Positions 9,864-20,399 of a stretch of 64,000 nucleotides of DNA are shown here, one piece after another; positions within the stretch are counted from its first letter, which is position 1; each line of letters begins with the position of its first letter. Made by a program: the position numbers and the translations under genes. The notes under the pieces were generated by a model. The model had not been told where the DNA came from. It worked only from the letters and a program-made list of their open reading frames with translations, and did not search any database. This stretch comes from Iphione sp. A-MEVVRFRX5 (lineage: Eukaryota): NCBI GenBank assembly GCA_976226885.1, contig OZ320315.1, positions 14,136,001 through 14,200,000 on the forward strand. The letters run 5' to 3'.

Positions 9864-12161
9864 CTACAGTTGTTCATTTATTCCTTGCGGTGTTATCGTT
9901 TCAAGTACTCTAATGTATGCTTCCTCTAGTCTGAGATGGATGTTCTTGTTCTTGGCACTGTTATCTGCTAGGATCATTTGGATATCGTCCTCTAATACGT
10001 CATGATCAAGAAAATGAGCTGCTACGGGAGAGTCCTGTCGGTGTGTCCGTAAGTCATATTTGTGTTCATGTAGTCTGTCGACTGCTCGTCGTCCGGTCTG
10101 GCCTACATATTTCTTCCTGCAAACTGGACACAAGAGTATGTAAACTACACCCCTTGTGTTGCAGTTCATTCGTCCCACTGTTCGGTGAGTATCCTTGGAT
10201 TGTTGACTGTGGATCGTGTTTGTGTTGATGATATTATGACAGTGAGAGCAAGCCTGTCGGTTACAAGGCTCACTCCCCCCTTGTTTAGTCGGTCTTGGGT
10301 GGGCAGAGTGTGTTAGAATATCTCTAAGGTTAGAACTGCGTCTGTGGGTAATCATCATTTTATATTTTCTGAATTTCTCATTTGTAGGTAAGTTTGGTAT
10401 CATTGATATGGCATCCTTGATTATCTTACTGGCTTTGTTATTGTATTGATTGTATTCCAGGACGAATGGGATGATCTTCTTGTCCGGTTTGTTGGTAGTG
10501 GATAGTATGGTTTCCCTGTCCATATCCCTTACCTTGTCTATGGCTGATTTGACTCTTGTGTGTATGTGGCCCCGTAGGGTGAGGTGTTTTAATAGTTCTT
10601 TTGTACAACTGTTGTATTCTGTAATGTCACTACAGATCATCCACATGCGTATCGCCTGTCCGTAGGCTATAGCGTCTTTCTGGTGTTTAGGATGGTGTGA
10701 TGTGTAGTGTAGGTATGAGTATGTGTCGGTTGGCTTTCTGTAAAGTTTTGTCATTATTCTGCGCTCCTGATTTAAGTATACTGTGGTGTCCAAAAAATTA
10801 ACGGTTGTTGGGCTGTGTTCGTAGGTGAATTTGATTGTGTTGTGGAAGTCATTCATGCCTTCTAGAGTCAGTAGTAGTTCGTCTTCAGTGCATCTGAATA
10901 TGGCGAAAATGTCGTCTATGTATCGTTTCCATTCTCTGGGTTTAATTTCAAGGCTTTCTATTAGTTTTTCTTCTAGATCTGCCATGAATATGTTTGCATA
11001 ACTGGGAGCCATTTTTGTGCCCATGGCTGTACCCTGTATTTGGTGATAGTATTTGTTGTCGTAGGTGAAGGTATTGTTAGTAAGGACTATTTGTACTAGT
11101 TTAGCTGTAATGTCGGGTCTCATGTGTTTAGATGGATGTTTGTGAAGGGCAGTTCGGACTGCCTCAATTCCCTCATCATGTGGAATGGAGGTATATAGGG
11201 CGCTGACATCTATGGTGACCAGGTGTTCGTCCTCATGTAGATAGCCAATGTCGTTAAGGATGTTGATGAAATGCTTAGTATCACGTATGTAGCTGGGGAT
11301 TTTTAGTACTAGGGGTTTTAAGATGTTGTCTACTGTTCTTGAGATTATGTCAGTGGGAGAGTCAATACCAGACACTATAGGCCTGCCTGGGTTGTTTATT
11401 TTGTGGATCTTCGGTAGTATGTAAAATGGTGAAGTTCGTACATTGTTAGGTAGTAGAGTTCTATGTGAATTATGTGGTAGTTGAAAGTTATTCTCCATTT
11501 CTTGTAGTAAATTCTTTATAGAATTCAGTCGTTCGGGAGTGGTGTCATGCATTGTTCGTGTATAGTGGTTGGGGTTGTTCAGTTGGCGCATTACTTCATT
11601 GTGGTAGTCATCTGTATTCATTATTACTATAGAGCCGCCCTTATCGGCTGGTTTGATCACTATGTTGGTATCGTCTCTTAGATCGAAGAGGGCCTTCGAC
11701 TCTTCTTTGCTGAGGTTACTGCATCGTTTCATCGGTTTTGGGGGTTTTAACATTTCTCGAGTGATGTAATTGGTCATTGTGTCTATGTATTCTGTGATTC
11801 CTGGTGGTGGGGTCCATCCGGATGATTCCTTCGGGAAAATGCTCTGTTCTGGAGGGAGGTCTTGGTGTTGGAAATGGTGCTGTAGTTTGATACGTCTGGT
11901 GAATAATAATGTGTCTCTGACCGTGTGTATGTGATTTGGTTTGCCTGGAGTGGGGACGAAGCTGAGTCCCCTCTCCAGTAGGCTTAGGTGGTGTTTATCT
12001 AGTTGTTTAACTGAGAGGTTGACGGTTGTGCTGGTGGTGGTTGGTTTGTATTTGGTGAATCGTCTGTTTTTCGCACTCTTCTTTCTCGTAGGCTTGTTTG
12101 TTGTGTTTGTTCTAGTCTTCCTATTAGTTGGTTGATGTGATTGAGTTGTGCTGGGTTGCAT
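9864..12161 (-). CDS. PLE reverse transcriptase + GIY-YIG endonuclease
   Basis: KPADKGG, FYILPKIHK..PGRPIVSG, TIDVSALYTSIPH, QGTAMGTKMAPSYANIFM, RYIDDIF, IKFT..NFLD; GVVYILLCPVCRKKYVGQT..RLHEH..E..GIN. 765 codons without a stop. Confidence 0.97.
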   Translation of the reverse strand: MQPSTTQSHQPTNRKTRTNTTNKPTRKKSAKNRRFTKYKPTTTSTTVNLSVKQLDKHHLSLLERGLSFVPTPGKPNHIHTVRDTLLFTRRIKLQHHFQHQDLPPEQSIFPKESSGWTPPPGITEYIDTMTNYITREMLKPPKPMKRCSNLSKEESKALFDLRDDTNIVIKPADKGGSIVIMNTDDYHNEVMRQLNNPNHYTRTMHDTTPERLNSIKNLLQEMENNFQLPHNSHRTLLPNNVRTSPFYILPKIHKINNPGRPIVSGIDSPTDIISRTVDNILKPLVLKIPSYIRDTKHFINILNDIGYLHEDEHLVTIDVSALYTSIPHDEGIEAVRTALHKHPSKHMRPDITAKLVQIVLTNNTFTYDNKYYHQIQGTAMGTKMAPSYANIFMADLEEKLIESLEIKPREWKRYIDDIFAIFRCTEDELLLTLEGMNDFHNTIKFTYEHSPTTVNFLDTTVYLNQERRIMTKLYRKPTDTYSYLHYTSHHPKHQKDAIAYGQAIRMWMICSDITEYNSCTKELLKHLTLRGHIHTRVKSAIDKVRDMDRETILSTTNKPDKKIIPFVLEYNQYNNKASKIIKDAISMIPNLPTNEKFRKYKMMITHRRSSNLRDILTHSAHPRPTKQGGSEPCNRQACSHCHNIINTNTIHSQQSKDTHRTVGRMNCNTRGVVYILLCPVCRKKYVGQTGRRAVDRLHEHKYDLRTHRQDSPVAAHFLDHDVLEDDIQMILADNSAKNKNIHLRLEEAYIRVLETITPQGINEQL

Positions 12162-12538
12162 TTGTGTTCCAATGTCTGTCTGGTCTCGTTCAGTTGCTGT
12201 TCAAGTGTGGTTATTCGTTGTTTGTAATACTCAGCCAGGAGAGATGTTAGCTTCCTGCTGAATTGCAAGTGGGCTTGTTCCCACAATAGTGTAAATTGTA
12301 GTGATTGTTCAGGGACTTGGGCAGATACTTTAGTCTGCAATCCCTTAGGTGATACCTGATTGGCGATACAGGTTCTCAGGTAGTCGAAGTGGTGTTTGGC
12401 CTTATTCAGGCTCAGGACCAGCTTCCGATGTATACGGAAATACGGGACTGCTTCGTCCGGTATTCTCAGTGTTTGTTGTTCTTCTTGTACTGCTGGAGGG
12501 TCTCCAGTAGTATTTGGTGGTCTATTTGTGTCTGCCAT
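11999..12538 (-). CDS. PLE N-terminal domain, out of frame (-1) with the RT-EN ORF
   Basis: ATG at 12538 (MADTNRPP..). KAKHHFDYLRTC..V.PKGL and a coiled-coil segment resemble PLE N-termini. Overlaps the RT ORF; one extra A in the A5 run at 12071-12067 would fuse both into 891 aa. Confidence 0.7.
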   Translation of the reverse strand: MADTNRPPNTTGDPPAVQEEQQTLRIPDEAVPYFRIHRKLVLSLNKAKHHFDYLRTCIANQVSPKGLQTKVSAQVPEQSLQFTLLWEQAHLQFSRKLTSLLAEYYKQRITTLEQQLNETRQTLEHKCNPAQLNHINQLIGRLEQTQQTSLRERRVRKTDDSPNTNQPPPAQPSTSQLNN

Positions 12539-12727
12539 ATGTTCGTTGTTATGAGAGAAGGCCGTTTGGGGAAGAGCAGTTCTCCTCTGCACTGTCTGGA
12601 TCCTATGGGGATACGTGGTGGATGACAGCCAAGCTGATCTGAATAAGGGACGCACCAACAGGCAGTTGTGTGGCCTAGTCCTGTTGCGAGGGGGATCCTA
12701 TGGTGGATGCTATGTGTGTCAGAAAGA

Positions 12728-12970
12728 TATTCTTCTTAAGGACTACACACAAAACCCAACCAACAGGAATATGTTTATGGAGGCTTTAATTTGCAATCTT
12801 AATACAACTCAACGTTTCGGACTTCAGTGAGTCCTTCTTCAGGAGTAGTTGAATATTAACAGAGAATTTGGCTTTGCATATTGGTATTTTCTGGACACTT
12901 TAATTGTATGTAAATGTGTCAAGGGTCAAAGGTCAAAGAAAGTGTAACTGGGTCAACAGGTGAAAAAAAT
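12728..12970 (-). repeat. PLE 5' terminal direct repeat (pseudo-LTR), 243 bp
   Basis: Identical to 8171-8413. Confidence 0.95.
12805..12851 (-). ncRNA. Minimal type I hammerhead ribozyme (5' pLTR copy)
   Basis: Same motif as 8248-8294; predicted cut at 12811/12810. Confidence 0.85.
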
Positions 12971-12982
12971 CTCCCTAAAGTT
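12970..12982 (+). repeat. Target-site duplication of PLE, right copy
   Basis: tctccctaaagtt, as at 8159-8171 (the first base is ambiguous with the repeat end). Confidence 0.85.
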
Positions 12983-13874
12983 GCCTAGTCATTTTTTAAC
13001 TGTTAGCACATGTCATTTACATTATATATGCCATAAACTATAAGTTTTACCCTTTTTTGAAAATTTATACAGCAGTTAGATGATTTAGAAACTACTCCAT
13101 GTAAGGAGCCACACTGCTGTTTATAATAATTAATGTTGGAAGATGAAGTCTATTTGATAGATTTCAGAGCCTTTGACCAAAAACATGAATTACATAATTA
13201 TTCATTCATTTTCCTGATTTAGATGATTTAATTAGTGATTAGGGTTTAAACTGTAGGAAAAATATCAATATGTCAGATTTAAGGTAATGCTGGCACTAAT
13301 TCACTAAGGTGACTACTCAGGTTGGGTAACAAGGATTATGGAAGGCCATTGATTCCATATTTTCCAAGATATTATTAGTTAATTGACTTCCCAACATAAT
13401 GTTGTAAATTACATTTTTGAAATATGTTTATTAATGTTTTTTAGTACTGAGGATTGAGGACAATATTTTTCTACTTTTACAGGAGCAAATTGAGAATGTT
13501 CTATTGAGTTAATAAAGGTGAGGACATCTACTGCAAGAATTCATGATCCCATTTAGAGTAGAGTAAATATATTATCAGTATATCAACTTATGAAAAATAC
13601 AAATAATGGATAAATTGAAAAAGAGAATATTAACCATTAGTGTACAGAGGAACCTTGCCTTCTGTAGCCCCCGTATTCGTATTGTTGCACTCCCCGTAAT
13701 GATTTTAAATAACCAATTGTTTTCTATAGAAATTGTACTAGTTAACCGGACACTCACATTCCGTATTCGTACACTATTTAGGTCCATTTTAAAGCAGTTA
13801 TCATAGTAAATGCATGCAGTTAACAGGACTAGAGAGAACAAAGGAAGCAACAAGTAGGCCAGACCATCCTAAAG

Positions 13875-14083
13875 GAAGAGACAACAAAGCGCAGAGTGAC
13901 TAACATACGTTCAAAGTCAAATACAAGCATGTGAAATGGTTACATAAGAGTGACTAAATGAAGAGATAACATAGCGCAGAGTGACTAACGTAGGTTCAAA
14001 GTCAAATACAAGTGTGTGAGATGATTACATAAGAGTGACACGTAGGTGGTGACCTCCTACAGGAAAAGACAACATAGTGCAGA
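13875..14083. repeat. 85-bp tandem duplication plus a partial third unit
   Basis: gcagagtgactaac..ttcaaagtcaaatacaag..ttacataagagtgac at 13891 and 13976. Confidence 0.8.
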
Positions 14084-14099
14084 GAACAAAGAAATGATA

Positions 14100-14410
14100 C
14101 ATTCTCCCTGAAATTTGCCATTTTTTGTCACTTTCTCCTTGAAATTTGCCATTTTTTTGACACTTTCTCCATAGAATATGCCACAATCTCCATGAATTTT
14201 GCTGTTTTTTGTCATTTTCTCCTTGAAATTTGCCGTTTTTGACACTTTCTCCATGAAATATGCCTCAATCTCCATGAATTTTGCTGTTTTTCCCACCAGG
14301 AGACACATCAATTAGGTTCCCATACTTTACTATTATGACAGTTTTTCCCTCCAAGACACGCATGGGTCGCGGTTTTGTACTCCGTATTATTCGGCATCTG
14401 TACAAAATAT
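14100..14410 (+). repeat. ~31-bp minisatellite (ctttctccttgaaatttgccattttt) with adjoining dispersed-repeat segment
   Basis: gaaatttgcc at 14110 and 14141; 82-bp higher-order unit at 14161/14243. Same motif at 52460-52710 (inverted) and 62460-62655. Confidence 0.8.
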
Positions 14411-16340
14411 TGATTTCCCATGGTGTTCTGGAAGAAGAGGTTGGACTGTATTGCTATAAATGCTTTATGGCTGCTAATCACTTCAAATTCAGTTATAATG
14501 TTAATTCACTCACAATTAAATTAAATACACATCTTGGAATAGTTTCAATTACTTGAATATCAAAATGTGAGAAATTATCACATTCTAATGTGAACAGTTC
14601 TTTCATGGGGTAATTCAATAAAAATTGAATATTTGTATCATTGATAAAATTCAATTTATGTAGTTGCTATCCAGTGGGATAATGCCTAGGACCTATCTTT
14701 CAGGAGTAGGGTGATTTTATATCCTTTATTTTTAGATCTTACAAGTGCCTTCAATGCCTGTACTCACCAGGTTGTTAGGCACACTGGACTTTGACCACTG
14801 TGTGAATCTGGGTCAACACAGATTGGGTTGTAACATGTGGTGTAGCAATTAATTCATGGAAAGTAGTGCCATGATTTTTTCATATTTTCTCCAGTTTAGA
14901 CTTTTGGGACACAAAACATCTACAATTATCTAAGAAATTAAAAAGTGTCAACAAAATTATATGAAAGGAAGCAAAATATACAGCTTGGAAAATGTCTCAC
15001 ACTCGTGAGCGTTCTCCCCATGGCAGTACTACTTTAAGGCAATGTTTTATATAGGAAGTGTAATTATAAACATCTTTTGATATGAAAATATAGTGTAAAT
15101 GACATGCTATAACATACATGACAGTACAGAAAAAATCTAGTTTGGATCGGAAGTAAAAAAAACGGTATATTTTGTCTTAAAAGGTAATAATATCATAAAA
15201 GCTATTAAAAATTTCTCCAAAAATGTGTAAATATTACATATTTCCCACATGGATATGAAAAAAATGGTGTTAATGACACATAGTGTAAATGACAAAAATT
15301 GCCTCTTTGTCCTGTAAATTTTTTCTAGGATTTTCTAGTTAAAACCAATAATAATTAAGCCATACAATTGGACAGGTGTTTTTACTGTATCAATAGCAAG
15401 CCTTTCACAACTCAAATAATTATCAGGAAGGCAATAGTGTGATGCTGTTCATAAAAAATTTCTCTTGTATAGACCTATGTTTCTCTACATGGAAGCAATT
15501 GTGTTCATGAATATGCTGAAAATGTTAATTTTTCCCATAGATTTCATGCTTGCCCATGAAATGACAGACTGTATCACAAAATTTGATATATTAAATTATT
15601 CTGTCTCATGCAAAAGGTGTATAATGGCGTAAGTGACATAAAAACTATTGACATTTTATTTATCTATAGAACCCAGAAAGCTTCAGAGAAAATAACCTAT
15701 ATATCTCTATAGATGTCTTTTCTGACTCAATTTTTTAGGTAGAAAATATTACTACAGGATTCGTGTATATATTTTCTATTTTAATTTTATGATAATTTTA
15801 TTAAGTGACCCAGTGGACATGTGTTTTTTTGCTACATAAGGAATTAGAGATGAAATATATTCTACTTATAGAAACATCTGCCATGGAAATATATATCAAC
15901 ATTTTCAGATAAATGCCAGGAACACAAATATCTGATTTATTTTATAGACAACTTACTATTTTCCTTGACACATTCAAAAATTACTTAAAGATGCCCTGTG
16001 CTAGACTTAACTGAGAATGGACCATATACCATTAGGCCATCTCCCCAGCCGTTGAAGTCCAGCACCCCAAAGGTATATCGTTATGAGACGCTCCTACGCT
16101 GCAAGAAGTTCAATGTCAGTGTGCTATTCAGTCTGAGACTGCATGAAAACTTATCCCACTCATTCGATTTTTGCACAATATTCACACATTACATTCTCAA
16201 CGATGTCGCACCCCAGTTCACAAGGGTTCCAGCTTCATTAGCGTGAAAGATCCATGCACAAACAATGACGATAAACATATTTGACAAGACCATAGGGTAT
16301 TCTACTTTATGTGAAAGGCATCTTATATCCACCTTCCCCT

Positions 16341-16366
16341 CACACACACACACACACACACACACA
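16341..16366. repeat. (CA)13 microsatellite
   Basis: Direct reading. Confidence 0.95.
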
Positions 16367-16529
16367 AAATTACTTCACAACATGTAATGCAAATTGTACA
16401 TGTCTACGGTGTAACTGTGGCGCCGGGCAGAAAATAAATGCCCAACAGTAACTTTTAAGTATCATTTTTTATTCTAAGAACCACCCCCCTAACCTCACCT
16501 TAACCTCATCTAATATCTGGACCGCACAG

Positions 16530-18637
16530 ATGAAGTTTGTAACGAAAAAGCCACCCCACGGCACAGGCCTGATAAAATCTCCGCCCCTCAGAAATGAGGT
16601 TGGAGCAATGAAACATCGGCCATGAGAAGTCACTCCTTTCAACCCAACAATCACACAGGAAGGCCTCAATCTTTCAGGAAAGGTATTGTAGTCTGCACAA
16701 GTCACGTCATACTCAGCTCTACCACACACTAATTCCCAAGTCGTGAGCAAAATAGCTTTACAAACAGGATGAAAAATGCACGATAACTAAATGATGACCC
16801 CTCGTTAACAAATCTTTCATCTCTCTATCCTAAGGCTCTCTCTGAAGTAAATAGTTTCTTACTCAACAAGCAACACCAGCATACCATACCAGAGTGCCTA
16901 CTCAGGTTACAAGTAGAAAACAGAGCTTTGAACTCATCAACCCGACGACCATCTTTTAGCGTGAAAAATCCTGGGACGTTTGATACCCCTTAACACCTCT
17001 TGAATCAATGTGGAAGTGGAACATAACCGGCCTCATCTAACACCTAGCCTCAAATCTTCTCAATCTTCTCCCGCACCACAGCGAGGCGACACTGTACGCA
17101 GACGATCTTTCTGTGATTGTAACAGCCACCGACCTACTGCGGTTGCAAGAATCGTCTCAACACACCATCGCTAGTTGGTATGATAGAATGGGCCTGAGAC
17201 TCAGTGAAGGAAGATGCTACTATATGGTTCTTGGCAAGGCGGCTAATACTCCACCTGATCTACACATCAGTGAGACCAAGATGGATCTAGTGAAGAAGAC
17301 CATGCTACTAGGGTTCACAGGAGACTCGGGACTCAAATTCAAGGAGCAAATCAGTGATATCAAGTCAAAGATGTGGATAGCCTCCCTTAAACTGGGATGT
17401 GTGAAGCATCTTCTTCCACTCGATGTAAGGGCTAGACTATTCAAAGCACTCGTCCTCCCGCCTCTCCAGTATGGAGCAGCAGTGCTGTATGGCACCACAG
17501 CCTCAGACAAGAGAAAACTCCAGATCCACCTCAACAGGTGGTTAAGAGTATGTCTACAGTGACACAAGCAGTCATCAATAAAGCAGCTAGCACGCAAGTT
17601 CTCTGTCGACAGAGTGTCTACAACAGTAGATATTAGGGCAATCTCTGCTATCCACCAATTGGTGCATCTAAGAATCCTCCCACTAGCAGTGAGGTCGCGG
17701 ACCAGAGAAGGGGAATCCATGAGAGTACAGATCCCAAAGGCTAAATCACATAGGTTCATCACCAGCCTGCGATGTGGAGCGGCCTCAACTTGGAACTCCT
17801 TACCAAGGGACCTCAGGGAGTCAGTAACGCCAAGAGTGAAGGGATGGGTTAGGGGGAGGGATGTCACTGATCGAGGCTAGGGATCGAATAGTGGTAGGCA
17901 TGGCACCCCTGCGATAGTAATGAGCAAAAGGCATGGAACAAGTCCCCAGTTGTAGTTTAAGGGGAGTTGCCTGGGGAAGAGCAAGGTGGCAGTAAGGTGG
18001 CATGTGTCCATCTGAAACACGTTCTGTGCCATTTCAACCAAGAAGTCAGTGGGGTCCAAGTGTATATTGAGTGTACATGCTCAGCTAGGGGAGAACATCA
18101 GATTGGTTTCACACGACATAACATAAGCTGTTACACTGAGCGGATATATGTTTGTGCATGAATGTCTAGTCCTAGTCATATTTCGCACTCTGTCATCCTA
18201 TTTCAGTAGGTAAACACCAGCATCGCCAGCACCTTTGGGTATGATAGACACTGACTCAGTTTATTCCATAATTCAAACACTTCACCTGGGTCACATTGGG
18301 TGTTTCATTTAAGTAAAGCTGGAACACCTTCTTCTCTGGAGAGGTAAGCACCAGCATCGCCAGCACCTTTGGGTATGACAGACACTGATTCAGTCTAGTC
18401 AATGACTTTGTTGTGCGTCGAATGTGATGTCCTGTGTGATGCATGTAAATATGTTGTCTTGTGTCTGTCCAACTGTCTCACTGTGTAATGTTTGCGTTCT
18501 GGTAACTCTGTGCTCTTCATGTAATGCTACTCACTTATGAAGGTTGATATCTCTACACACATTTTTGTTAACCAGGAGAACTTTGTATGGACAACCAAGA
18601 TTGGTTAATAAAATTTTATTCAATTCAATTCAATTCA
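16530..18637 (+). mobile_element. Degraded CR1/L2-group LINE, copy 2 (related to copy 1)
   Basis: PDKISA (~16570), YADDLSV (~17095); ORF 17113-17562 aligns by eye with copy 1 (LFKALVLPPLQYGAAVLYG..KLQIHLNRWLR vs LLKTLVLPHLRYQAVLWYG..RLQVHLNRCCR). 3' end AATAAA + (ATTCA)n at 18606-18637. Confidence 0.8.
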
Positions 18638-18749
18638 AATAACACATGCAAGTATTCAACCTTAGCTGTGCTCTAGGAGTGCAGAGAGCTCCCTTGACCT
18701 TGAAGACCATCCCTCTAGTTGTCTATAATGTCGATCATTGATGACATTT

Positions 18750-19111
18750 TTTTTCTATTTATTTATTTTCAATATATATATATATATTTAACCAGGAATA
18801 TATTCAACTATCATCAGGGCAGGCCTCTTCCATATCCTCCTTGGGTAGCATACTGTAATTTATTGCTGGGAATTGAGAGACCAGAATACCAAGGATTGTC
18901 CCCTACTCTTATTTTTGAATAGGTTTCTGGGATCTTTTTGTACATAGGGGACAGAAGCCTATACACCCATGGCCTTCTTATGAGTTGTGGACCACTCTGG
19001 GTTAGGGCCACAGTAAATCTGTCTGGTCATGATAAAGAATCCCAGGCCCAGGATTGAACCCGCAACCTCTCAATTATTGGACCAGTGCTCTACCAACTGA
19101 GCTGAATCCCC
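18750..19111 (-). mobile_element. tRNA-derived SINE, copy 1
   Basis: Head ggggattcagctcagttggtagagc (A box) ..ggttcaatcc (B box), then a body shared with the other copies (accagacagatttactg, cccagagtggtccacaactc, aagagtagggacaatcc). Confidence 0.85.
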
Positions 19112-19989
19112 ATCTCTATGGAGCACGAAGAGTACACATAGTACCTTGTATTTATTTCTTCTCAACAAATAATACCATCAATATCCATGTACTTGCATGC
19201 TCCACTTATAAGGGCTTAGACCATCATGTAAGTATGAGCATTCCTGTATTGATCACAGTGCCTTTATGTATTCACATTACATTATAGTCAAGGCAGGTTT
19301 CTCTGCTCAGAGTAGAGGTTATACTACGTCATAAGCCTGATGACCGATGGAATGAAATTGCATCACGAGTAAACAAAGCTCCAGTACTCTAGCAATGCTT
19401 CTGAGACAGAAAAATATAAACGTTATGTAGTCTGTTATGTTTTTTTCTTAAATCTGGCACGTCCTTCAGTTAAACACAAAGCTATGTACATAGACAACGG
19501 CACTATCATTTGCCATCTGTGACCAATTATATCAGATAAATATAAAAAGAAACAGGAGACTCATTTGACAGTGTAGAGTGTTATCTGGGGCATGAAGAGC
19601 GTATAATATACATGTCTGTATGCGTTGCTAGAAGACACTATCAGGCAGTAGGTTATCGTAACTGTCTAGAATTGCACAAGGAGACTCGTCTTACCGTGCA
19701 TATTTTTATTTGGGGTATGAAAGAACGTTATATATGTGTGTGTTTGCTATAAGGTACTATCATTTAAATGTTTTTGATGTACCTCAGAATATCAAATTAT
19801 TATTTAAAACTACCAGGTTGTTGCTTAGATTACGAATGGTAAACATACATTTGTTTTTAATAATGCTTCCCAATTACCAACGGACATCTTTTCTAGCAAC
19901 CAAATTAGGGAAAACTTTGTATGAAAAAGTGTAGTTCAACACATAGTCACACCTCGCTGACCGGTGTGTATTTGTTTTTCAAAAATTCA

Positions 19990-20150
19990 TAAGGTTGACG
20001 AATAGTCCGGTTGCCAAAATTGCTACCCATGCATCTCCTGGTGGGGACAACTTGCATAATAGTAAAGTATGGGAATATTATTGATATGGATATATATTGA
20101 TCTGATTTTAAAATGCTACCCAAGCATCTCCTGGTGAGTAAAACCTGCAT
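19990..20150 (-). repeat. Dispersed repeat homologous to 14290-14400
   Basis: 21-bp exact match ttcccatactttactattatg plus flanking ccaccaggag..catggg similarity, inverted. Confidence 0.7.
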
Positions 20151-20399
20151 TCTGATTTTAAATAATATGCTAGGACAAAAACAATTGGTTCAAATCGAGG
20201 CTTATGTGATTTATTCATTAAAATATTGGTTATGTAGTAAAAGGGTGCAATTCTGTGAAAATGAATATGTAAATGTACAAGTATGGAAAAAAAAATCTGG
20301 AGAAAAAATTGTCTGTACAAATGTGTTTAAGTAGAAGGCACACAGAAAAAAAATCACTTCGACTTGAAAAAAAAAGTGTTTGATTAGGGCCTGTCTTGT

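Larger units (their letters stand above)
8172..12969 (-). mobile_element. Full-length Penelope-like element (Neptune-like, C-terminal GIY-YIG) with direct pseudo-LTRs and an extra 3' ORF cassette
   Basis: RT + GIY-YIG ORF, identical 243-bp terminal repeats (offset 4557), hammerhead in each repeat, 13-bp TSD. A Cys-rich linker (CNRQACSHC) precedes the endonuclease, as in Neptune-type PLEs. Confidence 0.95.

Noticed and set aside
9864-12161. Selenoprotein (Naiad-type) PLE
   Set aside because: No in-frame TGA, and the endonuclease is C-terminal rather than N-terminal.
13000-13850. LINE endonuclease remnant on the minus strand
   Set aside because: Only faint motif echoes across several frames; not supportable by eye.
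14870-15990. Kolobok-like element (cagtactacTTTAA end)
   Set aside because: No matching second terminus found.
19040-19111. tRNA genes at the SINE heads (also 45157, 50796, 55656)
   Set aside because: A and B boxes are present but acceptor and anticodon stems do not form a cloverleaf, and each runs into the same SINE body.
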